DNA from: Octopus sinensis
Taxonomy: Eukaryota
Reading direction: 5' to 3'
Length of the DNA stretch: 64,000 nucleotides
Assembly (NCBI RefSeq): GCF_006345805.1
Contig: NC_042998.1
Coordinates: 150,722,001 to 150,786,000 of the forward strand
A program made the position numbers and the translations under genes. Positions 28,139-40,810 of this stretch are shown here, piece after piece. Under the pieces are notes generated by a model that searched no databases, had not been told where the DNA came from, and saw nothing but the letters and a program-made list of their open reading frames with translations. Within the stretch, counting starts at the first letter, position 1; each line of letters opens with the position of its first letter.

Positions 28139-28530
28139 GAGCTGGCAGAATCGTAAGTACGCCAGGCAAAGTGCTTAGCGGTATTTCGTCTGCCGCTACG
28201 TTCTGAGTTCAAATTCTGCCGAGGTCGACTTTGCCTTTCATCCTTTCGGGGTCGATAAATTAAGTACCAGTTACGCACTGGGGACGATGTAATCGACTTA
28301 ATCCGTTTGTTTGTCCTTGTTTGTCTCCTCTATGTGTAGCCCCTTGTGGTTTGTAAAGAAATAAGTATTTTGTTTGTCTTTACGTTCTGAGTTCAAATTC
28401 TGCCGAGGTAGACTTTGCCTTTCATCCTTTCTGGGTCGATAAATTAAGTACCAGTTGTGTAGTGGGATCGATCTATTCGACTGGACCCCTACCCCCAAAA
28501 TTTCGGGCCTTGTACCTTGAGTAGAAAAGA
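28139..28530 (+). mobile_element. SINE family A, full copy plus tandem partial copy
   Basis: B-box-like GAGTTCAAAT and the shared central domain each occur twice. Confidence 0.85.
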
Positions 28531-28906
28531 ATATAAAACTAGACTGTGGTTTCCATTAGAGTGTATATAGTCGTTTGTTGGAAATTTTTCTATTTCTCAG
28601 AGATAAAATTCCATATGTTATCAAAAAAGAATATTTTGAGCTTTGGTGAGAATCACCTCAGCCAACCTTACCAATAAAAAAAACGGAAAAGAAATATACT
28701 ATAATGGTTCCTGCTCCTCAGAGAAAGCTGACTCGTTTCGCAACACCTTCACTCTAGCACTTCTGACTCATTCATTTTTGTCTTTCTTTTATCACCCATT
28801 TTGTGTCTCCTAACTTCCACCAGTTGCTACACCAGCCACCAATTCCAGTTCATTCACTCTAGATTTGCGTTCCTCTGAAATTTTCTTCGTGGAGGTTTGG
28901 ATTTAC

Positions 28907-29005
28907 AAAAATTTAAGCTGATTGTTAGCTGCACCAGTCTCGCCGTTCTCGTAGGGTCTGTAAGGACTCCGACCAAATTCTCCCTTCTCCACACATTGGT
29001 AGTAA
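28907..29005 (-). CDS. Candidate exon (xYYQCVEKGEFGRSPYRPYENGETGAANNQLKF)
   Basis: TTATTTACAG acceptor. Either internal (TT|GTAAAT donor, 99 nt) or terminal (TAA at 28905-28903). Another frame is also open. Confidence 0.3.
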
Positions 29006-29441
29006 CTGTAAATAAATATACTGAACAATATGCCGACAACACAATCGCTCTCACCGCACGCTCACACACACTCTCCATATATACGCGTCAACCAATGACA
29101 AAAATACAAATATTTCTTACTCAACAAATAAATAAGACATTCAAGTAACACCAGAAACAAATAAACTTTACAACAAAGAAAACGTGAACAAATGCCAAAC
29201 AATAGGTGCACAAATACACACCTGAGATTTACGCTGGGGGTACGCTGGTGGTGGTAGTGGTGGAGGTGGTCTTCGTCTTAGGGTGATGAGGAGACTCGCT
29301 TGGAGCTTGCTATAATAATACTATCATCATGGTCATCATCATCGTCATCATGTGGTCATCGTCGTCGTCATTATCATCAGCGTCGTTGTCACCATCATCA
29401 TCACCACTACAACTACCATTTCTTATTAGTCTTTGTTGTTA

Positions 29442-29512
<71 letters not shown>

Positions 29513-29795
29513 GTTGTTGTTGTTACTATTATTATTATTTAGTCATTTATTGCCGTCGTGATTATCTCTTCTCATTATTGCTTTTATTATTTCCCCATTG
29601 AACAATCCCCCACCTTCCCGTACGCACACACATAATTACCCACCGCTACCACGGCATGAAGACCTCACTTTTCTAAGCCGTATATAAGGAAAACATAAAA
29701 TTATTATGGCGGTTTTATAGCGGCTTTATTATTGCTTACCATATGTTAACGTTATTTTATAGCGGTTTTGCTTGCAATAGTTATAACGACAATTG

Positions 29796-29845
<50 letters not shown>

Positions 29846-29933
29846 ACACACACACATACACACACACACACGCACGCACACATACATAGATACATACATA
29901 CATACATGCATGATGCATGCATACATACATATA

Positions 29934-29977
<44 letters not shown>

Positions 29978-30030
29978 TGCATATATATATATATGCATGC
30001 ATATATATGTATATATCTCTTTTCATCGGT

Positions 30031-30057
30031 GATAGAGAAAAGATAGATAGATAGATG

Positions 30058-30095
<38 letters not shown>

Positions 30096-30196
30096 AGACA
30101 GACAGACAGACAGACGGACGGACAGACAGACAGACAGATAGGCAGACAGACAGACAGACAGACAGAGAGACAGATAGATAGATAGATAGATAGATA
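30031..30196. repeat. Compound (GATA)n/(GACA)n microsatellite
   Basis: Direct reading; flanks the 3' end of Tx1 copy 1. Confidence 0.95.
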
Positions 30197-30197
30197 T

Positions 30198-31311
30198 GTT
30201 TCTTTATTAGCCACACAGGGCTGCACACAGATAGAACAAATTACAAGGTAGAGCTTTTCTTTTGAAGGTATTAAAAAAAAAAAAAAAAAAAAGAAAAAAA
30301 AGAAAGGGGGAGGTTCGATCAAAAGGGATCGTAAAAGGAGAGAAAGAGGACAAAAATAAGGGGGGTTAAAAAAAAAAAAAAAAAAAAAAGGGGGGGGAGA
30401 GGAAAAAAAAATGATCAATAGGGATCGTTATCACAGAAATGTCAATATGAAGTGTAAAGGGGAGGACAGGTGAGGTTTACCCGTGGAAAGAAAAGCCTGC
30501 GGAAAAGACCACGGTAACCTCGGTCAATGAAGTCACTTTTATTTCTTTTTTTTTTTTTTTTTTTTTTGCAAATAAGCAACTCTCTGTTTTCGATTTCTGG
30601 GTTCATAGGACTATGCTCAAGGTGGCTTCGTCATTCATACGTGCCATTCTTGCTACATTCACCCATCTTTTTTTAAAACATTCGCTAGACAAAACTTGCC
30701 TCTCTACTCTCACTTTCCTTTTCAAGTGGTACTTGAAGAAGTTGATGAGAGATTGACCAGAGAGGAAAGTGTTTGTCTCCAATCCTTTCAGACGCGTCCA
30801 CCAGATACATTCTTTCGCCATAGCCACAAGGATGATGAAAATAGCTCTTCCTTCCCGTTTGAAGGAAGGAGGCGTGACAATATTGACGATAGACTCAGCT
30901 GATAAACCGACTCGTCCCACACGTGACAGCAGTTGTTCGACATAAGCCCACAGGTCGGAAATTGTTGGACACTGAACGAGTGCGTGCAGAACGGTTTCGT
31001 CGCTCTGACCGCATCTCGGGCAGGTCGGCCCCGTGTTTCTCGAGCCGTGTCTGTAGAGCTTATCCCGAACGGGTAGCGCTTCTCGGTAGCACTGCCAGGC
31101 CAGGGATCTCTGGAAGTTGTCCATGGGCCCTGGCCCGAAAGTCGTCCCGAACAGGCGGGTCAGGTACTCCTCGTCGACGTCCAGGTTCGCCCCGAGCTCG
31201 TCGTCGTACCTCCCCTCCACTAAACCCCTATAGAATGCTTTGGTTGTGTTGAAGTCACTTAAGGTCGACCCAGGACGGCAGAGTTGCTTGAGAGCAACGC
31301 GACACTCGCGG
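30198..31311 (-). mobile_element. 5'-truncated L1/Tx1-clade LINE, copy 1 (C-terminal zf-RVT-like domain + 3' UTR)
   Basis: Frame open from the 5' junction: RECRVALKQL...SLAWQCYREALPVRDKLYRHG...CPRCGQSDETVLHALVQCP...KRKVRVER. The 3' UTR ends AATAAAGAAAC. Both ends abut (GATA)n. Confidence 0.88.
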
Positions 31312-31598
<287 letters not shown>

Positions 31599-32647
31599 GT
31601 TTCTTTATTGGCCACACAGGGCTGCACACAGATGGGACAAGTTACAAGGTAGAGCTTTTCTTTTGGGGGATGAAGAGAACAAAAAACAAAAGAAAAAAAA
31701 AGGGGTGGCGTAGGTTTTCGATCAAGAGGGATCGTAAAAGGGAAGAAAAGAACAAAAAAAAATTTGAATGAAATAAAAGGAATAAAAAGAAAAAAAAGAA
31801 AAGGAAAAGGAACAAAAGGAAAGAGAAATGAAAAAAGAAGAAAAAAGGGGAAAAAGGGGGAAGAGGAAAAAAAACGATCAATAGGGATCGTGTATCACAG
31901 TGTTATGATATATGGTGTAAAGGGGAAAGCAAGTAAGGTTTATCCGTGGGAAGAAAAGCCTACCAAAAAGACCACGGTAACCTTGGTCAATATTGTTATA
32001 TGTTACCACATTTGTTTGCAAGTGGGTAACCCTCTGTTTTCAATTTCTGGGTTCATAGGATTATGCTCAAGGTGGCTTCGTCATTCATACGTGCCATCCT
32101 TGCTACATTCACCCATCTTTTTTTAAAACATTCCCTAGACAAAACTTGCCTCTCTACTCTCACTTTCCTTTTCAAGTGGTACTTGAAGAAGTTGATGAGA
32201 GATTGACCAGAGAGGAAAGTGTTTGTCTCCAATCCTTTCAAACACGTCCACCAGATACATTCTTTCGCCATAGCCACAAGGATGATGAAAATAGCTCTTC
32301 CTTCCCGTTTGAAGGATGGAGGCGTGACAATATTGACGATAGACTCAGCTGATAAACCGACTCGTCCCACACGTGACAGCAGTTGTTCGACATAAGCCCA
32401 CAGGTCGGAAATTGTTGGACACTGCACGAGTGCGTGCAGAACGGTTTCGTCGCTCTGACCGCATCTCGGGCAGGTCGGCCCCGTGTTTCTCGAGCCGTGT
32501 CTGTAGAGCTTATCCCGAACGGGTAGCGCTTCTCGGTAGCACTGCCAGGCCAGGGATCTCTGGAAGTTGTCCATGGGCCCTGGCCCGAAAGTCGTCCTGA
32601 ACAGGCGGGTCAGGTACTCCTCGTCGACGTCCAGGTTCGCCCCGAGC
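31599..32647 (-). mobile_element. 5'-truncated L1/Tx1-clade LINE, copy 2
   Basis: ORF part near-identical to copy 1 (32053-32574), with a different 5' truncation point and a diverged 3' UTR ending AATAAAGAAAC. Both ends abut (GATA)n. Confidence 0.88.
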
Positions 32648-32751
<104 letters not shown>

Positions 32752-33007
32752 TAACCACGGGTTCACAAAGAAGCGTTTATTGAAATATAGGTGTGTATAG
32801 TTATTATTAATACGTTCGTGCACACTCAAGCATGGAAAAACCTTTAGTTCAGGTCCACCTCAGCAAGATACTTTCTTGTCTACTGTGAACAAGTGGTATG
32901 TAGCCAACAAAACTGAGCCGTCACTCTAGCCGGGTGTTCAGAACACGGTATGTAGTATTCAACTCATAAAATCAAGCAACATGACCAGATATTCCGAGCT
33001 AGCACTC

Positions 33008-33470
33008 CTAAATCATACAAGCAACAGGACGCTTTCTAGTTTCTAAGTATAACGGTTGGTTGGATACAAAATACGACCAGTGGTAACCTGCGAAGCGTTC
33101 TGGTATCAAAGGAATTCGGGATACTCGTAAGAGCTTCAGGCAGTGTCCAAGTCTTGCAACTATAGAGCATGGCAGGGAGGAGCAGAGATTTGAAGACGCG
33201 AACTTTTGATATCTGGAGAGCAGATATCGATATTTGAAAGATCGATATCTGAAAGACTTTCGCAGCGCAAATTCTATTGGGAGAGAAATTCCCATTACAG
33301 ATATGTGTGAAAAACACATCACTGGTCCTGAATCACGGCAACGGATACGTATTTCTGCGTTGTTGCGCTTCATCAGCTATGGACACCAAATCTATCCTTC
33401 ATGGCCTAGAACTGCATTTCTTCAATTTAAACATATTTGATCAGCTATGACAGTAAATTCATATCAAGTG
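33008..33470 (-). pseudogene. Degenerate RTE-like LINE fragment (end of RT region)
   Basis: SKVRVFKSLLLPAMLYSCKTWTL resembles the RTE TKVRVF..LLYGCETWTL motif. Frameshifted; boundaries approximate. Confidence 0.65.
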
Positions 33471-33776
33471 GCTGAGTATTGCACAAACACGTGTACCAGT
33501 TACGAAATCTCCAAGCAAAGAAATGTGAAACAGTGTGTGACACAGTCGAATTGCATGTACAGTCTATATTGTCTCCATCTCTCCAGTTTTACTGACAAAA
33601 TTTGGGTTCACTCGAGGCTGTTGAAGATAACACTTGCCCGAGATGGAACGTAGTGCAATGTAAACTAGGAACTCATAAGTGAGAAACTAGGTATTTATAC
33701 TGCACTTGCATACACATACAAACACACACATATACACACGCACATGCATGTATCTATCACACACACACATATATGC

Positions 33777-33815
<39 letters not shown>

Positions 33816-33821
33816 TGCATG

Positions 33822-33892
<71 letters not shown>

Positions 33893-33911
33893 CTATTTAT
33901 CTATCTATCTA

Positions 33912-33962
<51 letters not shown>

Positions 33963-33967
<5 letters not shown>

Positions 33968-34252
33968 CGTGACCGACCAGGCTATCAGATGTTGCTACAC
34001 ATCGCTGGTCACAAGGCGCTTCGCATTGCTTTAGCCTTCAATTGACGCCACCTCGCTGGCTAAGCGAGCAGGCCAACAGAAAAAAGAGTGGGAGAAAGTT
34101 GTGGCGAAAGAGTACAGCAGGGATCGCCACCACCCCCTGCCGGAGCCTCGTGGAGCTTTAGGTGTTTTCGCTCAATAAACACTCACAACACCCGGTCTGA
34201 GAATCGAAACCGCGAGTCCGCTGCCCTAACCACTGGGCCATTGCGCCTCCAC
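33963..34252 (-). mobile_element. tRNA-derived SINE family C, tail type 2
   Basis: Same head and body as 2458-2739 but an unrelated 3' tail. Confidence 0.85.
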
Positions 34253-34298
34253 ACACACACACCACACACACACACCACACACACACACACACACACAC

Positions 34299-34350
<52 letters not shown>

Positions 34351-34403
34351 TGTGGCTGTGTGGTAAGAAGCTTGCTTCCCAACCACATGGTTCCTGATTC
34401 CTG

Positions 34404-34476
<73 letters not shown>

Positions 34477-34701
34477 TGTATGTGTTTGTGCGTCTGTGTT
34501 TGTCCCCCTAGCATTGCTTGACAACCGATGCTGGTGTATTTATGTCCCCGTTACTTAGCGGTTTGGCAAAAGAGACCGATAGAATAAGTACTGGGCTTAC
34601 AAAAGAATAAGTCCCGGGGTCGAGTTTCTCTATTAAAGGCGGTGCTCCAGCATGGCCGCAGTCAAATGACTAAAACAAGTAAAAAGTAAAAGAGCAAAAG
34701 A

Positions 34702-34744
<43 letters not shown>

Positions 34745-34859
34745 ATATGAAGAATTTTCAGACGCACATATCCACACACACACATAAACCAATGCACTGG
34801 AATTCCTAGCACCACCTGTCTGAAAGACCGATACTATCTTATTTAACTGGATCACTCTA

Positions 34860-34917
<58 letters not shown>

Positions 34918-35166
34918 TATTTCATCTTCATTTCTCCCTTCGCCTTCCTCCAATAGACTCTCCGAGTGTCACCTACTCTGCAACTACAATTTCCAGTTTA
35001 ATATTTCGACTCTGTTATCTTCCAAAACTTATCTCCATATCTGAGGTAGGATCAACACTTAATTGTTGGCTAGTAACAATCTCATTTACTTCATTGCTGT
35101 CTTCACTATAAAACTCACAATATCACAACTACTCAGCACTTTATAATAAACAACACACTCTTTCAT

Positions 35167-38100
35167 CATCATCATCATCATCATTGTTCGACCGTGGTCG
35201 AGACAATGGAATTTACTATGTTGCGCCAGACTTCACGGTCCATCATAGCATTACGGAGGTCCTGTTGCTGGATGCTTGTATCCCTGGAGATTACATCAGG
35301 GTAGGAGAGTGTGCGCCCTCTGGTGTTGCGAGTAGATGGCTTCCAGAGGAGAAGAGTAGAAATTACTTCTTTTTCAGCTCTACAACAATGTCCAGCAAAC
35401 TGGACTCTCCTACCCTTCACAAGAGATGACACAGGTGGTAATTTCCCATATATTTGCATTTTAGTTGGATGGCGCCTCCACGAGAGATTTTGAGCTCTCA
35501 TAAGGAGGCAAGTGTAGGTTCCATCCAACCGCCTCTCAAGCTTCTTTGATAACGTCCAGGTTTCTGAGCCATATAGTAGGATTGGTTCGACTGTGGCTTT
35601 GAATATTTCAAGTTTGAAGTCTCTACTTAGATTTGATGACCAGATCTTATGCATGTCATTACAGGCTGACCAGGCCATACCCTTTCTAGTTAGACAGTCT
35701 TTTCCAGATGATGATATGTATGACCCAAGATATTTATAATCAGAAACCATATTTAAAGGCGCACTGTTGAGAGTGTGGATGATGCAATCACTGTTGGACA
35801 GGCACTTGTTTATGTATTCAGTTTTGGCCTCATTGAGGTAAAGACCTACACAATTTGAGGCTTGTTCAAGAGATTGTAAAAGAGACTGGGCATTGGAGAG
35901 AGAATCACTGATAAGAGCGATGTCGTCAGCAAAGTCAGTGTCTGTCAAGTACTCAGCTGGGTGTCTGGAACTTCTTCTTGGTTTTATTTCAAAGCCCTTG
36001 CCAGAGATGGTATCAACTGACATACGTAGCACATAATCAACAACAATGATGAAAAGAAATGGGGCGAGTGTGTCTCCCTGCAGTATTCCGGCTTCGATTG
36101 AGAAAGATGATGTTTCTCCATCAGGGGTTAAGATGGTTGAAGACGTATCTGTGTAGAGGGCCTTGATGGCAGAAATAATTTTGTCTGGTATCCCATAGAG
36201 CTTAAGGATTTCAAACATCTTGTACCTATCTACAGAATCGAACGCTTTAGAAAAGTCTACAAATGCCATTGCAAGATCGCGATTAAATGCTTTTGATTCT
36301 TCAATAAGTCTGCGCAGGCATAGTATCTGGCTCAGCGTTGAGCGCCCATGTCTGAATCCATTTTGGTTCTTTCGGAGCAAAGGTTCAACAAAAAGGACAA
36401 GACGATTTAGGATCAGTTTGTTGTACAGTTTTGCAGCAATTGACATTAGAGATATGCCCCTGTAGTTGGTGACGAGGGACAAATCGCCTTTTTTGGGTAT
36501 TGGAATGATTTGAGATTGGTGCCAAATCTTTGGAGCGACAAAGGTGGAAAGTGTGTGGTTGCAGAGGTTGAGCAAAAGTGTGTGAAATCTATCATCCTTC
36601 CAAATCACAGCCGGAATGTTGTCGGGACCAAATGCTTTCGAGGCTTTTAGTTGCTTGGTGGCTGCTGTTAGTTCAAGTATGGTAAAAGGGGAGGTGTTGA
36701 TGTCCAGCGTGTCTGATATAGGCACACTTGGGAGATTGGGGTTATCAGGGATTTTGGCATTCTTCCCAAGGAGGTTTTTAAAATGGGTTGACCAATTTTC
36801 TAAACGCTTCTTAGCTGATCCCCCTTTAATTCTAATTGATGACCCAGAATTTTTGCCTGATAGGTCTTTGATGGATTTCCAGGCGAGATGGTGTTTTTTA
36901 CTAATGTGCTCTTTCGATAGTTTACTAATTTTGCCATTGATAAATTCGACCTCGGCGTTCAAGTAAGACTCATCAAGATTCTTCCTGGCAGCTATGAGTT
37001 GGATCTTCAGTGACTGGGATGGAGAACGGTGGTAAGCAAGTGATATAGACTTTAGATGGTTTCTGGCTTCGATGACATTTGGGGAATTAGAAGGTTTGCT
37101 CTGGCCCCTACTCTTCCTTTTGGGAAGAGTAGCCAGTGCAACTTCCTCTGTTGATTTGATGAGGCTGCTGTATACTTCCTCAATGTTCTCAGCATCTATT
37201 TCAGAAGTAGACAGAGATTGAAATTTGTTATAGACCTCAATAGTAAATTGTTTGGACATATCGGGGTTAGATAAGACTTCCTCCCAGTCGATCATTTTGA
37301 TCGGATGAGGCTTAGTTTTTTTGGATGAGCGAAGACTAAGCTTAACGGTAGCTGATACAATTCTGTGGTCAGAGCCGACAGAACTAAAGGAAGAGTAGGA
37401 TCTCGAGTCCTTAACACTATTGCGCCATTTCTTTCGAAAGATGAGGTAGTCAATTTGTGCCCTATCACCAAGTGGGGACTCAAATGTCCAAAGTCGACCT
37501 TTTGGTTTCATAAAAGAATTGTTGGAGGTGTAGAGATTAAATTCCTCCAAGAAGTCTTTGAGCATTTCTCCGTTCCGATTGGTTTTAGAGTTGAAAGTAA
37601 ACTTGGTCTCATCGGGTCCTAGTCTAGCATTCAGATCACCAGCTATAACCAGAAAATTATGGAGAGGTACTTGCTCAATGGTTGAACGAAGGGTTGTATA
37701 GAAATTTTCAATTTCGTCTGCCACAGACGAATTATGTGGGCTATACACACACACCAATGTTGTTTTTGGGTTTCCATCTATCTCAAGCACCATAATTCTA
37801 GGTGAGATTGACTCTATACTCAAGAGAGTATCACTAGCCTTTGATGAAAGTAGAAATCCGATACCTCCAACTGTTGAATTAACAGTATTCTTTGATGCTG
37901 AGGAGGTTACAAGTTGATAAGAACCGACTTGATGGTATTTGAGGATGTTGTCAAGGTGGTAAAATCGGTGTTCTTGGACAGCTATTATATCAATGCCATG
38001 TGATTCTGCATTTGCACCAAGTTCTTCTAGACGGCCAAGAGAGCCGAGGGTGCGGGCATTGAGGGTGCTGAGTATCGTATGATTTTTACAGCTGATGAGG

Positions 38101-38429
38101 TGTTTGTTTGGTGTTGTTTGGTTGGGGGCTGACTCTTCTCCATCAGGTGATACCCGTCTGTTAAGATTGAGGGCATCACCGTCAATGGATGCCCTTGGAG
38201 GTGCAACATGATCAGAGACAGGACCCGGCAAAGCAGGGGCTGGACCTACATCCGCAGGTATACCATTAGGTCTGGTTCCCTGGGGAAGAGGAACCCTGGT
38301 GCAGTTAATTGTAAATTCCATAGTCTTTTCAAATGGCTAATAATGTGTGCGCGCGCCACTACTACACACATTGGAAAGCATTGTACAACCAAGTACTAAA
38401 AAAGATCTTTCCTCCTCCATGAAACAAAG
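35167..38429 (-). mobile_element. Full-length RTE LINE (~3.26 kb) with (TGA)n tail and candidate 9-bp TSD
   Basis: The stop codon runs into a (TGA)n tail (35163-35183). CTCTTTCAT occurs at 35158-35166 and 38430-38438, bracketing the ORF plus ~108 nt of 5' UTR. Confidence 0.8.
35181..38321 (-). CDS. Intact RTE-clade non-LTR retrotransposon ORF (APE endonuclease + reverse transcriptase), 1046 aa
   Basis: Uninterrupted ORF. APE motifs TLNARTL, IAVQEHR, AGDLNAR, IDYLIF, SDHRIV. RT motifs KAFGPDNIP, PIPKKGD..NYRGISL, QNGFR, FVDFSKAFDSV, GILQGDTLAPFLF, FADD, YKYLGSYI. C-terminal ILLYGSETWTL typical of the RTE clade. Confidence 0.95.
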   Translation of the reverse strand: MEFTINCTRVPLPQGTRPNGIPADVGPAPALPGPVSDHVAPPRASIDGDALNLNRRVSPDGEESAPNQTTPNKHLISCKNHTILSTLNARTLGSLGRLEELGANAESHGIDIIAVQEHRFYHLDNILKYHQVGSYQLVTSSASKNTVNSTVGGIGFLLSSKASDTLLSIESISPRIMVLEIDGNPKTTLVCVYSPHNSSVADEIENFYTTLRSTIEQVPLHNFLVIAGDLNARLGPDETKFTFNSKTNRNGEMLKDFLEEFNLYTSNNSFMKPKGRLWTFESPLGDRAQIDYLIFRKKWRNSVKDSRSYSSFSSVGSDHRIVSATVKLSLRSSKKTKPHPIKMIDWEEVLSNPDMSKQFTIEVYNKFQSLSTSEIDAENIEEVYSSLIKSTEEVALATLPKRKSRGQSKPSNSPNVIEARNHLKSISLAYHRSPSQSLKIQLIAARKNLDESYLNAEVEFINGKISKLSKEHISKKHHLAWKSIKDLSGKNSGSSIRIKGGSAKKRLENWSTHFKNLLGKNAKIPDNPNLPSVPISDTLDINTSPFTILELTAATKQLKASKAFGPDNIPAVIWKDDRFHTLLLNLCNHTLSTFVAPKIWHQSQIIPIPKKGDLSLVTNYRGISLMSIAAKLYNKLILNRLVLFVEPLLRKNQNGFRHGRSTLSQILCLRRLIEESKAFNRDLAMAFVDFSKAFDSVDRYKMFEILKLYGIPDKIISAIKALYTDTSSTILTPDGETSSFSIEAGILQGDTLAPFLFIIVVDYVLRMSVDTISGKGFEIKPRRSSRHPAEYLTDTDFADDIALISDSLSNAQSLLQSLEQASNCVGLYLNEAKTEYINKCLSNSDCIIHTLNSAPLNMVSDYKYLGSYISSSGKDCLTRKGMAWSACNDMHKIWSSNLSRDFKLEIFKATVEPILLYGSETWTLSKKLERRLDGTYTCLLMRAQNLSWRRHPTKMQIYGKLPPVSSLVKGRRVQFAGHCCRAEKEVISTLLLWKPSTRNTRGRTLSYPDVISRDTSIQQQDLRNAMMDREVWRNIVNSIVSTTVEQ

Positions 38430-38803
38430 CTCTTTCATACTTTATATTACCAACACTTTAACTTGTGATACTCCTCTCCCATTAAGTACAACCGCCGCCG
38501 TCCATCTCATTTAAGTCTTCTGTCGATGAGTCTTGAGCCTTTTCCATTTATAAGTTCTCAAGGGAAACAAGACACTCATAAAACTATTTAAATGTAATGG
38601 GTTTACGGCTGCCAAACAATTTTTTTACCGCATAACGCATTATGGAAAACAATTATACACCAAGGTTATTTTGCAATATGTTTCAGGTTGCCATTTGATA
38701 ACTGTTTGACATAACATGGTTATGAAACTCTGAGTAACAATGTATTGTCTGTAACGATCAATATCATTAATTTCGAGTAATCAGCAGTGATTACACACTC
38801 AGT

Positions 38804-38882
<79 letters not shown>

Positions 38883-39602
38883 CAGAGAGAGAGAGAGAAT
38901 GAGTGAGTGAGTGAGAGAGAGATTGATAGGTGTTTGTATATTGATTAATGTTTCTCATCCTGGTAATTCATTCAAACTAGCGAAGGTTTACATTTTTATC
39001 TTTTATTTGTTTCAGCAATTAAACTACAGCCATGCTGGAGCACCATCTTGCAGACTTGTTATTCGAATGAATCGATCGCAGTACATTTTTTAAAGCCAGG
39101 TACTTATTCTATCAGTCACTTTTGCCGAACTGCTAAACACGCCAACACCTGTTGTCAATCAGTGAGGGAAGACAACCAGACACAAAGGCACACATAGATA
39201 TATAAACATACGATGGGCTTCTTTCAGTTTCTGTCAACCAAACCCACTCACAAAGCTTTGGTCGGCCCGAGGCTATAGCAGAATTGCTCAAGGTGTGACG
39301 CAGTGGGACTGATCACCAACCATATGGTTGTGAAGCAAGCTTCTTACGACACAGCCACACCTGCACCTATTTTCTGAGTTTTCATTAACACAGTTCATTT
39401 AATTAATCTAATTCGGAGACGATCCTTTACGCAAATACAACGCAGAATATTGTCAGTGGATTTGAATTGCCGTGCCATGTTTCACCAAGAAATATAACTT
39501 TATATTCCCACTGTCCAAACCCACAGAAGAGTTTTAAAAAAAAGGATAAAACATTTATAGAAAATGGAAAATAGGAGTGAGGAAAGATCTGTCACGTGAA
39601 TG

Positions 39603-40546
39603 TAGTAATCTCAAGATTAATCAGCCGAAATTACTACGATGATCCGGTTCTTGACTGAAGACTGAGGGGTTCGAATGTCCTGTCCATGTTTATTGTGTCG
39701 TCTTCTAAGAGTTATACGTTCTTGTCCATGTTGTATTTTTCTACATACCTTAACATATATTCCAGGCGCCCCGTACCCACCTTATCATTAATGTGAGCAC
39801 ATATTCTTAATAATTGGTACGACTCTCTTTTTGTCTCCCTCTCTCTCTCATTTTTACTTGATCTGTCCCCCTCTCTCTCTCTCTCTTCTCTCTACTCATC
39901 CTCTTTTTCTCTTCTCTTTACCCTCACAGGTCATTCTTCGACACCCATCCCTTCTCCTCTCTGATCCCTTCTTTCTCTCTCTTCTCTCTCTTTGTTGCGT
40001 TTTGTCCCTTGTCTCTCTCTCTCTTCCTTTGCTTCTCTTTCTTTTCTTTTCCCTCTTCTCTGTCACGTGACTGTTGGCCGAAATCTGCCTTTCAGCTCCT
40101 GACCCTCGTCGTGTTAACATCGTTGTTTTTCGTCCGCCGCTATAAAGGCTTCTTCCAATGCGCCAGAGAAAAAATTTGTTTGCTTGTTATCAGGCGTAAG
40201 ACACTTGTTGTTTTCACCGTTAATGCTTCTGTATTTCATGTCTCTGTATTCCATTATTGTTTTTTGTTTTTTTTATATCTGTCCCTTTTGCTGTCCTGGT
40301 GTTCGTATGCATTCGATCCTTCTTCCAGGAAATCTACGCTTCCAGCTTAGTTTTTCTAATGCTCATTGCTTAGTTTTTCTTGGAGGGCTGGCCGTGATCT
40401 AGTAATCTCAAGATTAATCAGCCGAAATTACTACGATGATCCGGTTCTTGACTGAAGACTGAGGGGTTCGAATGTCCTGTCCATGTTTATTGTGTCGTCT
40501 TCTAAGAGTTATACGTTCTTGTCCATGTTGTATTTTTCTACATACC

Positions 40547-40550
<4 letters not shown>
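39603..40550 (+). mobile_element. Non-coding element with identical 151-bp terminal direct repeats
   Basis: 39603-39753 is identical to 40400-40550 by eye. TC-rich body; followed by (TA)n. Confidence 0.7.
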
Positions 40551-40588
<38 letters not shown>

Positions 40589-40767
40589 CATGAATGTGAA
40601 GCATGTGTGCGTCAGTGTGGTGTGGGTACGCGTGTGAATGTATATACATATGTATATATGTATATATAAATATGTCAATATTCATATATACATTTTTATA
40701 ATTTCATTTAAATATCGATGTTATACATATGTACATACATACATACATATATATACATATATATATA

Positions 40768-40810
<43 letters not shown>

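Noticed and set aside
35206-38321. 11-bp inverted repeat ATGGAATTTAC near both ends of the RTE ORF, read as a TIR
   Set aside because: It lies inside coding sequence, not at the element termini; the element is a LINE with a tail. Likely chance.
38322-38429. HDV-like ribozyme in the RTE 5' UTR
   Set aside because: Only a simple hairpin (AATGTGTG/CACACATT) is visible; I could not assemble the nested double pseudoknot by eye. Needs a descriptor search.
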